From assembly GCF_009914755.1 (NCBI RefSeq), contig NC_060930.1: a DNA stretch of 64,000 nucleotides; one strand, given 5' to 3'. A program made the position numbers and the translations under genes. Under the pieces are notes generated by a model that was given only the letters and a program-made list of their open reading frames with translations, did no database searches and was not told the origin of the DNA. Of this stretch, positions 12,983 through 24,896 are shown piece by piece (positions within the stretch are counted from its first letter, which is position 1; every line of letters starts with the position of its first letter). The stretch is from the human T2T-CHM13v2.0 reference genome, Homo sapiens.

Positions 12983-14967
12983 TGGTATGGTTTGGCTGTG
13001 TCCCCACTTAAATCTCATCTTCAATTGTAGCTCCCAAGATTCTCACATGTTGTGGGAGGGACCCAGTGAGAGATAATTGAATCATGGGGGCAGTTTCCCT
13101 GATACTGTTCTCATGGTAGTGAATAAGTCTCATGAGATCTGATGGTTTTATAAGGGGAAACCCCTTTCACTTGATTTTCATTCTGTCTTGCCTGCTGCCA
13201 TGTGGGATGTGCCTTTTGCCTTCCATGATGATTGTGAAGCCTCCCCAGTCATGTGGAACTATGAGTCCATTAAACCTCTTTTTCTTTATAAATTATCCAG
13301 TCTCAGGTATTTCTTTATCAGCAGCATGAAAACTAACTAATACAATAAATTGGTATTGGGAGTGGGGCAGTGCTGTAAAGATCCCTGAAAATGTGGAAAC
13401 GACTTTGGAACTGGGTAACAGGCAGAGGTTGGAACAGTTTGGAGGGCTCAGAAGAAGACAGAACAATGTGGGAAAGTTTGAAACTCCCTCGAGACTTGTC
13501 GAATGGCTTTGATCAAAATGCTGATAATGATATGGACAATGAAGTCCAGGCTGAGGTGGTCTCTAATGGAGATGAGGAACTTGTTGGGAATTGGAGTAAA
13601 GGTGATTCTTGCTATGTTTTAGCAAAGAGACTAGTGGCAGTTTGCCCCTGCCCTAGCGATTTGTGGAACTTTGAACTTGAGGGAGATGATTTAGGGTATC
13701 TAGCAGAAGAAATTTCTAAGCAGCAAAGCATTCAAGAGGTGACTTGGGTGCTGTTAAAGGCATTCAGTTTCAAAAGGAAAATGCACATAAAAGTTCAAAA
13801 AATCTGGTGATGGGATAGGAAAGAAAAACCCATTTTCTGGGGAGAAATTCAAGCTGGCTGCATAAATTTGCATAAGTAACAAGGATCCAAATGTTAATCG
13901 CCAAAACAATGGGGAAAATGTCTCCAGGGCATGTCAGAGACATTTGTAACAGCCCCTCCCATCACAGGCCCAGAGGCCTAGGAGGAAAAAATGGCCTGGC
14001 TCACGAAACCACAGAATGATTTCCTGGGCCAGGCCCAGGGTCCCCCTGCTGTGTGCAGCCTAGGGACTTGGTACCCTATGTCCCAGCTGCTCTACCCATT
14101 GCTAGAAAGGGCCAAGGTACGGCTTGGGTTGTTGCTTCAGAAGGTGCAAGCCCAAAGCTTTGACCGCTTCCATGTGGTGTTGAGCCTACAGGTGCACAGA
14201 AGTCAAGAATTGAGGTTTGGGAACCTCTTCCTAGATTTCAGAGGATGAATAGAAAGGCCTGGATGTCCAGGCAGAAGTTTGCCACAGGAGCGACACCCTC
14301 ATGAAGAACCTCTGCCAGGGCAGTGTGGAAGGGAAATATGGGGTTGGAGCCCTCACACAAAGTCCCCACTGGGACACTGCCTAGTGGAGCTGTGAGAAGA
14401 GGGTCACTGTCCTTCAGATTCTGGAATGGTAGATCCACTGACAGCTTGCACTGTGTGCCTGGAAAAGCCAGAGACACTCAATGTCAGTCCTTGAAAGCAG
14501 CCAGGAGAGGGGCTGAACCTTGCAAAGCCACAGGGGCAGAGCTGCCGAAGACCATGGGAGCTCACCTCTTGCATCAGCATGTCCTGGATGTGGGACATGG
14601 AGTCAAAGGAGATCATTTTGGAACTTTAGGATTTGACTGCCCCACTGGGTTTTGGACTTGCATGGGGCCTGTAGTCCCCTTGTTTGGCCAATTTCTCCCA
14701 TTTGCAACAGCTGTAATTACCCAATGTCTGTACCTCCATTGTATCTAGGAAGTAACTAACTTGCTTTTGACTTTACAGGCTCATAGGCAGAAGGGACTTG
14801 CCTTGTCTCAGATGAGACTTTGGACTATGGAATTTTGAGTTAATGCTAAAATGAGTTAAGACTTTGGGGGACTGTTGGGAAGGTAGGATTGGTTTTGAAA
14901 TGTGAGGACATGAGATTTGCGAGGGTCCAAGGGCAGAATGATATTTTGGCTCTGTGTCCCCGCCCAC
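12983..14967 (+). mobile_element. THE1 MaLR provirus: 5' LTR 12983-13344, internal region, 3' LTR truncated after ~30 bp
   Basis: TGGTATGGTTTGGCTGTGTCCCCAC LTR start, CTAATACA LTR end, THE1-int-like ORF 13391..13810, second LTR start at 14939. Confidence 0.9.
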
Positions 14968-15364
14968 TATGATCTGGATGGGGTAAGGAGGTGAAAGCAT
15001 TGATAAGCCAAAGTGACAGCCTCTTTTGTAGACATGATCCTGCCTAAATTTCTCATGCCCCACAGAAGAGGGCACTGAACTCCCCACTTCTCCAGAGCTT
15101 CATGCAGTCCTTGAAGCACTCTCTGGCTGTCTCTGCAAGTGGCTGAACAGCTCCTCCTGGTCTCTATGGGGCTGCAGAGGCTCCAGGTCCCTATGGCTCA
15201 GGGGCTGTCACGCTCACCAGGTCCCACCAAGGGTGCCCCCCACCGTGGGTGGTGGAGGAGACCAGGTGTAGCTGCTCTTGCCCCTACCCCTCTCCTGACC
15301 TGCCAATCTTAATAGGAGGAAGCAGTAGGGATGAGTGGAGCCATGGAGGTTGTTCCCACCTCCT

Positions 15365-15838
15365 AGGACCACTTTTCCTTTCCTCTTTCTTGGTCTGTTT
15401 CTGGAAATCTATCAAAACTACCTCCAATGCCAGCCCTGAGACCCTCCCCTCCCCCACCCTGGGGCATCACCTCCTCTTCTGCCACAGCGGGAGGGTGGGG
15501 TGTGCTGTCATCTTGCTTCCCTCAGCAGCTGTGTGAGCTCCCTGAGGACAGGGGACACCCCCTCTCCCTACCCCAAAACCTGTCCCAGGGGCTACCCCAT
15601 AGCGAGGGGGAGGGGACAAAACCTCTGCCTTCCAGGATGACCTGGCTCGGCAGGAGCTGAGGAGGCGTCTCCTCAGATTTGGGGCCTGGACAAGGGCTGT
15701 CACTCCTGTGTTTCCCTTTCGGCACCACCCACCGTGGCCCCAGGCACAGCTCAACCTAAAGCCATGGCCACCACCCTCAGCTCCTGAAGCCTCATCATCG
15801 TCCTCCTCTTCTTCATTCTACTTGGCATCTGAGGAGAG
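15365..15838 (+). pseudogene. Orphan ULBP/RAET1 intron-3/exon-4 fragment (position would fit the RAET1F pseudogene; not verified)
   Basis: Paralog of 52305-52780; exon-like 15723-15832 reads APPTVAPGTAQPKAMATTLSS*SLIIVLLFFILLGI*; acceptor AG changed to GG; premature TGA at 15785. Confidence 0.8.
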
Positions 15839-17112
15839 TTCCATGCAGAGGGAGAGGAAACTGGTACAGGCTTCCTGAAGGACAGGGTAACAGGGCTCAC
15901 CAAGAGTCAAAAATATCCACATCTGAATGAAGAATATGTATTCATATGCGTTTCAAATGGCGGCAAAGACTCCCTGGAAAGATGAGAAGAATCCAATCAA
16001 ATTTCGTCCCGGGCTGTGGCCAATGAGAGTGGATGCAGGCAGGGGCCGGGGAGCCTTTCACACATGACTTTTCATGGTTTCGATCCTGAAACAGGTGAAA
16101 ATATGGAGGTGAAGGAGTAAGGAAGAGTGGGGCCGGGAGCCCCGGGGACGGTCACCAAGTATGCTCGCCAGATCTGTTGTGGGCCATGAGGGTCCGGAAA
16201 CGTGGAACCCGGGCAGGGGCGCGCGGGGCTGCTGCAGTGACGAGGCACTGGTTCTAGATATTTACCCAACTGTGTTGTCATAAGGATGATATTACAGGTG
16301 ATTGCTGATTTCAACCACAGATGACTTTCGGGGAAAGTTGGCTCCTGAGGGTTTCAGTTTCCACCTAGCCGCGTGCTCTCCGGGTTCTGCGTGCTCCTCC
16401 CAGGGCGCCCGCTGTGCCCCAGTTCTGGACCTGGGTCCTACCCAGTGGAAACCAACGAGTGGGTGCCCCGCCGCCCACCGCAAGAGTTCTTTATATATTC
16501 AGGATACCAGTCCCTTACCAGATACATCATTTTCAAATATTTTCTCTCATTCTGCAAGTTTTTTTTTCTTTCTAAATGGAATCCTTTTTGAAGCACAAAA
16601 GTTTTATATTTGCATGAAATGAAATTAAACTACCTTTTATTTTGCCATCTGTGCTATTGGCATACAGTACTTAAGAAGCCTTTGCCAAATCCAGGGTCAC
16701 AAAAATTTACTGCTCTATTTTCTTCTGAGACTTTCATAGTTTCATGTCTTATGTGGACATCTGCCATTCATCTAGAGCTAGTTTTTGTGTGTGCTGTAAG
16801 GAAGGGGCCCGCCTCATTCTTCTGCATGCAGCATCCAGTTGTCCCAGCACCATTCACTGTAGTGTACAATGCACCTGCCCAACCTCCTGTCCCTCCCTCC
16901 TGCACTCAGCATCAGAAGTGCGTCCTGCTGAATGGTTCCCCCAGGGTTTCCACCAATGAATTCCCCTCATGTGAATCCCATATAGGCATCTGCTTCTCAG
17001 AGGACCTGGACTGAGGAGTGGATTCACTGGAGGAAATTATATTTCATAAGATAGAACATTCTGAGAATAGTAACACTTGGCATACCCCTTACTACATCAA
17101 AAGTAAGAAATT

Positions 17113-17457
<345 letters not shown>

Positions 17458-17499
17458 TCAACATAGCTTATCAATGTTTATTTATTTTTTCTTATTTCT

Positions 17500-17725
17500 G
17501 TTGTTGTTGTTGTTTTCTTTGAGACAGGCTCTCACTCTGCACCCAGTCTGGAGTGCAGTGGCACCACCTCAACTGCCTGCAACCTCAGACTCCCAGGCTC
17601 AAGTGATCCTCCCACCTTAGCCTCCTGAGGGGCTGGGACTACAGGCACATGCTACTACACTTGGTCAATTTTCAAAATTTTCTGAAGAGACAGGGTCTCA
17701 CCATGTTGCCATGGCTTATCTCCAA
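17500..17725 (-). mobile_element. AluJ (partial); paralogs at 41745-41990 and 57640-57950
   Basis: Antisense Alu sequence shared across duplicated blocks. Confidence 0.8.
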
Positions 17726-19004
17726 CTCTGAAAATAACAAGTTACTTTTCACATGGTTGTATGACATTATGTAGACTTTTAAAATTCTGTATAAATAATT
17801 TAGACAATACTGTATTAGAAAATGTTTTCTACAGCCACAGCTTCCTAAAAATAGAAGTGGTATTAAAATGTGCATTTGTCAAATCTTGAAGAAGTTTCAA
17901 ATGTTTAGGGTGATTCTGACCTCTCATTTTGGTTGACACAATAATCCATAAAAACAAGTAAAGTGCCCACTCTGATCTGGAAGGGGTAAGGAGGTGAAAG
18001 CATTGATAAGCCAAAGTGACAGCCTCTTTTGTAGACATGATCCTGCCTAAATTTCTCATGCCCTACAAAAGAGGGCCCTGAACTCCCCGCTTCTCCAGAG
18101 CTTCATGCAGTCCTTGAAGCACTCTCTGGCTGTCTCTGCAAGTGGCTGAACAGCTCCTCCTGGTCTCTATGGGGCTGCAGAGGCTCCAGGTCCCCATGGC
18201 TCAGGGGCTGTCATGCTCACCAGGTCCCACCAAGGGTGCTCCCCACCGTGGGTGGTGGAGGAGACCAGATGTAGCTGCTCCTGCCCCTACCCCTCTCCTT
18301 ACCGGCCAATCTTAACAGGAGGAATGAGTAGGGATGAGTGGAGCCATGGAGGTTGGTGCTGGAAAGAACAGAAATGAAGACCTTTGTCCAATTCTCCCAA
18401 GTTATGGAGATCCTTTTCTGAGTTCTAGTAGCCCTGGGGTAGTCTGATGATTGGATTCCTCCCACGTGTCTTAAACCCTATCATATGGCAGCCACTGTGC
18501 TAGGTGCTGGGTTTACAGGTGGTGACTGATGTGTCCAGTCCTCCAGGAACTTAGAGTCCAGGGACAGAAACAAACACCCACATGGCTGCTACTGCTGATG
18601 TGATGTCCTTGTGGTGGTTGGGGCTATCAGAGGACAGAAGAGGGGGTGACTCATTCTGCCTGGGGATTTGCATGGAGGCTTCTTGGGAGGTGGCATTTCA
18701 GACTGTTCTTGTAGGAATAGGAAGAATACAGCGTGGCCAGGTGGGAGGAGAAGATAGGGCACCCAGCAGAGGGACAAGCATGAAGAGGAGGCCTGGGGGT
18801 GCAAATATCATAGAACTTTGGGGAGCTCTGAGAAGTCTGTAGTAATGAACCCTCAGTTACTAGGGTAGACTCTTTCCACAGGGAGGAGGAAATGTCAGGA
18901 GGGAAGACAGGGAAGGAGGGGAGGGCAGGAACCACCCTGGAGTCCCTTCTCTCTCCACAGCAAATCAACCAGGAAATCAATTCACCATTCATACATGCAT
19001 GTTA

Positions 19005-19165
19005 TCACACACACACAGACACACAGACATGCACGCACAGTCTCTCTCACACACACTCACACCACACAGGTGTTTACACATTCACACACACACACATACA
19101 CAAATGCATGCAGAAATACAGACACAGACACGCACATGCACACACAAAGACACACATAAACACAT
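19005..19165. repeat. Compound (CA)n repeat; paralogs at 40180-40450 and 56170-56355
   Basis: CA/TG-rich imperfect arrays at equivalent block positions. Confidence 0.85.
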
Positions 19166-19774
19166 GGGAGAAACTGGGTGTCATCTCAAGAGTTGTCGTG
19201 TTGGGCCCATCCTGCCCCCTCACTTGTCACCTCGGGGGCTGTCTCCCAGCTCATGAAGGATTCCTGAAGCCATCAAGCAGGATGTCACTGTGTGATCTGA
19301 AACACTCAGACACCTCCTCACTCTGACCTTCCTTCCTGGTTTCCTTGGCTCTGGGATGAAACAGTGTCCTGCTAGTTTTCACTGCATCAGAAGAGAAACC
19401 TCTCCCGTGGGGCAGAACTGCTGGGCCACCAGAGCGCACCGCTCTGCTCTTTGCCCTCAGGGCATCTTGATCTGCATGGTGGGAGGAACTTCCCCAATCC
19501 TCAAAAATGAACTCTTTATGGATTCCTCATTCGACATGATGTCAACGTCTCTTTTGTCTTCTCTGTAGCCCTTGACTGTGGATCCCAAGCTGTGTGCCAA
19601 GGAGCTCATGGTGCAAACTCACTGTGAGCAAACCCTCTGGGTTTATTGAAATATTTGAAAGATGAGCAGTGTCAGGCTAATTTTACCATTTTTAGCAGAC
19701 ACGGTGTTTTACCATGTTGATCAGGCTGGTCTCAAACTCCTGAGCTCATGATCTGCCCACCTTGGCCTCCGAAA

Positions 19775-20680
19775 GAGCATTTTTTCATGTTTGTCGGCCA
19801 CTTGCAGGTCTTCTTTTGAAAAGTGTCTGTTCATATTCTTTGCTTATTTTTTAACTGGGTTTTTTTGTTCTTGCTTGTTGAGTTGTTTAAGTTCCTTGTA
19901 GATTCTGGATATTAGAGCTTTGCCAGATGCATAGTTTTCAGCTATTTCTCCCATTCTATAGGCTGTTTACTGCGTTGCTAGTTTCCTTTGCTCTGCAGAA
20001 GCTCTTTAGTTTAATGAAGTCCCATTTGGCAATTTTCAGTTTTGGTTGCAATTGCTTTGGGTGTCTTCATCATGAAATCTTCGCCAGGCCCTATGTCCAG
20101 AGTGGTATTTCCAAGGTTATCTTCCAGGATTTTTATAGTATTAGGACTTACATTTAAATCTTTAGTCCATGTCGAGTTATTTTACTTATATGGTGAAAGG
20201 CAGGGCTTCAGTTTCATTCTTCCACACATGGCTAGCCAGTTATCCCAGCACTATTTGTTGATTTTGTTGAAGGTTAGACGGCTGTAGGTGTGAAGGATTC
20301 TTTCTGAGTTCTCTATTGTGTTCCACTGACCTAAGTGTCTATTTTTGTACCAGTACCATTCTGTTTTGATCACTGTAGCCTTATATTATAGTTTGAAGTC
20401 TGGCAGTGAGATGCCCCTGGCTTTTTTTTTTTTTTTTTTTTTTTTGCGTATGATTGTTTTGGCTATTTGGGCTCTGTTTTAATTCCAAATAACTTTTAGA
20501 TTAGATTTTTCTAATTTTGTGAAAAATGATGTTGGTTCGATAGGGATAGTGTTGCATCTATAAATTGCTTTTGGAAGTATGGCCATTTTAGCTATATTGT
20601 ATCTTCTAACCCATGAGCATAAATTATTTTTCCATGTATTTGTATTGTCCCTGATTTTTTTCAGCCACGTTTTGTAGATT
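19775..20680 (-). mobile_element. L1 ORF2 fragment (paralog of 54700-55607 and 35510-36430)
   Basis: ORF2-like text [11 protein letters not shown]. Confidence 0.85.
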
Positions 20681-20699
20681 CTGTTTCCACACAAAATCT

Positions 20700-21302
20700 A
20701 GCAGAATCACTCATTTATTACTCACACCATGGAGGAAAAATGAAATAACATTAATTCTCTACTGGGTAATACAAGAAAATTCTAAACTCAGTAGGTTTTT
20801 GGGAAATAGAACTCTTTGTGGAAATATTAGTACAGAGCAATAAATTACTGAGGAAATATCATTAATATAATTTTTTCTTATTAAATAAAGAATTATCCTT
20901 CAGGACGCGGAAAGAAACCTTGGAGGTCTGAAATCTAACATGATTGTTTTACTGACTGTATCATTTGGAAGAAAGAGGTCATCATTCAAAAAGTACTTGA
21001 TTTTTCAAACAAAAGCAGAAGAAAGAAAATGTTGACATATCTTTTTTAGTCAGCCAGAACTTTAATTGCAGGAATTCCATCAGGTAGCACCAATAAAAAA
21101 TAACATAAGATGTTAGGAATAACCGCTGGTAAAATTATTGACAAAAGGAATCAAGGCAGTGAATGAGCTATTGGGTCCATGGTGTCATCATGATCTGCTG
21201 GAGGCCACTGGACATACACAGTAGGTGGTGGGCAGGTGGCCAGACAGAAGGGCGAGTTTGATCAAGACCCTGCTCACAGGGGCTTTTTGGTATCATCTTT
21301 AA
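20700..21302 (-). other. Ancestral ULBP-type 3'UTR exon left downstream of RAET1G
   Basis: Inverted paralog of ULBP2 54066-54680; acceptor shifted by 1 nt; proximal AATAAA mutated. Confidence 0.75.
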
Positions 21303-22134
21303 CTTTCAAAAAGGACACAAATGTTGGTTTAAGAGATGAAGGAGAACCTGGATCACTTTTGCAGGGCAATCTTTCCCTAGGCACTCCACGTCTCAGAGCC
21401 CACTGCACTAAAGGACCCGTTTTTCCCTTGAGCCCCAACCCTGGCACCTGCAGCTTGGAGCAGCCTCTTTCCTCCTTTGTCAAATCACAGTGTCAGCCCA
21501 GGCCCTGCACCTGACCAGGGGATGGAGTGGAGGGGCCTGCAAGACTGAAGCTGGTAGTGATGGGCCTGCTCCCTCACTCAAGGCCCTCTCTACCATCTGA
21601 TGAGAAGGCCTAAAACATGGCAAGGGGTAGGGGGAGCCCATCCAAAGAGAGGGCTCTGTATTCCTGTGTCCTTGGCATTGGGTGGGCCTGCAGGCAAATA
21701 TTCCTCCTTCCCCTTCTTCCTCAGCCTCTCCTCACACTGCAATCAGCACCCATAGCTCTGAAGGTGACTGTCCCTGTTCCACCTTATTCATTCCTGGTCC
21801 AGCCCAGTGGTGCCCATGGACTTAAGCAGCAGCTCAGGTCCCCCGTGTCTGAGTCCACTCTGCTCCTGGCAGGGCCATGAGCGGGCTCAGGATCTGGGGT
21901 GTGCAGGAAGGTGATGGCAAGGGAGCTGCCTCAAGGTCTGGACTCGAACCCCATGGGTCCATGGGACTGACTTTTTAAAAATTTTTTTCATGTGCAGCCT
22001 CTACTCTTCGCCTTCCACCTTAATTCCTGGAACCCAAGCCACTTTCTGTGGGAAGGCAGCCCTGCGCCCCCTCCTTTTCAATTAGGTGTACCAAGGCTCT
22101 CCCAGCCCCCTCCTTCTGGGATTACACTCATAGT

Positions 22135-23075
22135 TGTAGGGACCAGCCCTACAGGGCCTGTGGGTTTTTCTCTTCGTGTGCGGAGATGAGAGATCGTAGA
22201 AATAAAGACACAAGACAAAGAGACGGAAGAAAAGACAGCTGGGCCCAGGGAACCATCAAGATATGGAGACCTGTAGTGGCTCCGAATACCTGGCTGCGCC
22301 GTTATTTATTGTATACAAGGCAAGAGGGCAGGGTAAGGAGTGTGAGTCGTCTCCAATGATAGGTAAAGTCACGCGAGTCACGTGTCCACCAGACAAGGGG
22401 CGCTTCGCTATTTGGTAGCTGAGGCGGAGAGAGAGAGGACAGCTTACGTCATTGTTTCTTCTATGTATTTCTCGGACTTCAATACTTTCACTAATTCTGC
22501 TACCGCTATCTAGAAGGCGGAGCCAGGTGTACAGGGCGGAACATGAAAGTGGACCAGGAGCGTGACCCTGAAGCACAGCATCACAGGGAGACGTTTAGGC
22601 CTCCGGATGGCTGCGGGCAGGCTTGACTGATGTCAGGCCTTCCACAAGAGGTGGTGGAGCAGAGTCTTCTCTAACTCCCCCGGGGAAAGGGAAACTCCTT
22701 TTCCCGGTCTGCTAAGTAACAAGTGCCTTCCCAGGCACTGGCGCTACTGCTAGACTGAGGAGCCCACTACTGGCCCTGTCTGGGCATGACAGAGGGCTCA
22801 CACTCTTGTCTTCTGGTCACTTCTCACCGTGTCCCTTCAGCTCCTGTCTCTGCATGGCCTGGTTTTTCCTGGGTTATAATTGTGGAACAGAGATTATTAT
22901 AACATTGGAAAAAAGAGTAACACTACAGACTAATGATTGATAATATTCATAGATAATCATGTCTGTATTCTACGTCTAATACAACTATTCTTATTTTAAG
23001 TATTTTCTTTATTATACTGGAACAGCTTGTGCCTTCAGTCTCTTGCCTTGGCACCTGGGTGGCTTGCCGCCCACA
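22135..23075 (-). mobile_element. Solo ERV LTR, LTR13 family (HERV-K class), 941 bp
   Basis: Minus strand starts TGTGGGCGGCAAGCCACCCAGGTGCC and ends GGGCTGGTCCCTACA; empty site in ULBP2 at ~53240; AATAAA on minus at 22310-22305. Confidence 0.88.
22256..22418 (-). CDS. RAET1G: RAET1G coding exon 5, LTR-derived cytoplasmic tail (SYQIAKRP...EPLQVSIS*)
   Basis: Pyrimidine tract plus CAG acceptor; 85+264+282+211+163 = 1005 nt = 334 aa + stop; matches the recalled RAET1G C-terminus. Confidence 0.9.
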
Positions 23076-23517
23076 CATATCTCTCTCTTAGCCTCAGAGA
23101 TGGAATCCCCCTTCCCTTGTCATACCTCATGTAAAGCTACCCTGATGCACCTAACCCAATTAAGAGGACTGCCCATGTCTGAATTCCTGCTGCCTGCAGG
23201 CCACACACCCTTCCTGAACAGAAACCTGCTCTGAATCAGGCCTGAACTTGCTAAACCCTCTCAAGCTCAACAGACCCTGAGCCTTGGTATGGCACCACTG
23301 CGCCTTTCCCTCTGGCCTTTGATGGTGAGAATCCATCAGAACTCAGGGCAGAGCTGCCCAGGTCATTTCCAACAAGCAACACAAGGTCTCATTCACCTGT
23401 CTCATGTTAGGATGAGAAGGTCCCAGCCATAGGGAGTGGGACTCTGGGAATTCTCCATCCCTGTCCTCCCTCCTCACCCACCTGCCCTTTGCTCCACTCC
23501 CAATTCTGCCCCCATAC

Positions 23518-23728
23518 CTGTCACTCCAAAGGACTCTCCTCAGCAGCCAGGTAGGATGAAGCAGGGGAGGATGAGGAGGAGGCTGCAGGGACTGAGGGTG
23601 GTGGCCATGGCTTTGGGTCAGACTGTGCCTGGAGCATATGAGGAGACACATGATGAGGAGGCAGCAAAGGATGAGGGTGGTGGCCGTGGCCCTGGGTTGG
23701 GCTGTGCCTGAGGACATGGTGGGTGGTG
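23518..23728 (-). CDS. RAET1G: RAET1G coding exon 4: stalk, hydrophobic segment and Pro/His-rich tail (APPTMSSG...RRVLWSD)
   Basis: CATTTCAG acceptor, GTATGG donor, 211 nt; overlaps track ORF 23343..23717; internal alternative acceptor at 23628. Confidence 0.93.
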
Positions 23729-24386
23729 CTGAAATGGAAGCACAAGAGTGACAACCCTTGTCCAGGCCCCAAATCTGAGGAGATGCCTCCTCAGCTCCTG
23801 CTGACCCAGGTCATCCTGGAAGGCAGAGGTTTTGTCCCCTCTGCTATGGGGCAGCCCCTGGGAGAGTTCCTGGGGTAGGAAGGGAGAGGGGGTGTCCCTT
23901 GGCCTCAGGGAGCTCACAGAGCTGCTGAGGGAAGCAAGGTGACAGCAAAGCCCACCCTCCTGCTGTGGCGGAAGAGGAGGTGATGCTCCAGGGTGCGGGA
24001 GGGGAGGGTCACGAGGCTGGCCTTGGAGGAGGTTTTGATGGATTTCCAGAAACAGACCAGAGGAGGAAAGGAAAAGTGATTCTCAAGAGGGAACACTAAG
24101 GAGAAAGGCCTGAAAATAGTGACACCTGCAGTTTCGAGGCTGGTGAGAAATCCACAGTGTGGGGAACAGAAGCAAGTGCAGTGAGGAAGAGGAGTCAGGA
24201 GGGAGAAGGAAGAGGAGGGTGGGAGAGCACAGGCACGCCAGCACCCCCAGGAGGAGCACCCCACGAGGAGGTCATTTTAACATAAACGTGTACACTGGGA
24301 TGATTGAAGCTGAACTCAAGAATTAGTTTCTTGAGATCCCCATTTCTGATCTCATTGGAGATCCCCATTTCTTTTTCTCCTGTTAC

Positions 24387-24668
24387 CTCCTGCACTTGGC
24401 TCCAGGGTGCTGTCCATGCCCATCAAGAAGTCCTCAAGCCATCCTGTGCAGTCTCCCATTGAGATGTAATGGAAGGACATGGTCATATCCTTGTCATTCT
24501 CCCACTTTTCTTTCATCTTTCTGGCTCCAGGATGAACCGTTGTCCACATTCTGTTTTCTGAGTCAAAGAGGAGGAAGATCTGTCCATCGAAACTGAGCTG
24601 CCAAGATCCACTGCCGTGTCCTTCGGCTTTCTGCTCACAAGACATCCTGGCCTGCAGGGTGAGGGGTT
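24387..24668 (-). CDS. RAET1G: RAET1G coding exon 3, alpha2 domain ([11 protein letters not shown]...LEPSAG)
   Basis: GGCAG acceptor, GTAACA donor, 282 nt; inside track ORF 24352..24738. Confidence 0.97.
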
Positions 24669-24896
24669 CTGCCCCCATCAAAGAGAGATCAGCTCTGGCC
24701 TTGACAGATATTGAGCCCCCATCCTCTTCCACTTGCAATTTCCTGGTCTTACTTGCTCTGCCACATCCTGGCCTTGCCTCTAGACGTCTTGCGGGGTGAG
24801 ATGACCTTCCTATTTGTATTTTTACATGAAAACTATAAATGCCTCTAACCTACCACTGTATCTGCTCCCTGCTGTCCTGGGCCATCTGAAACTTAC

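Noticed and set aside
13391-14748. ORFs of 139 and 141 aa
   Set aside because: THE1 internal MaLR sequence, not host genes
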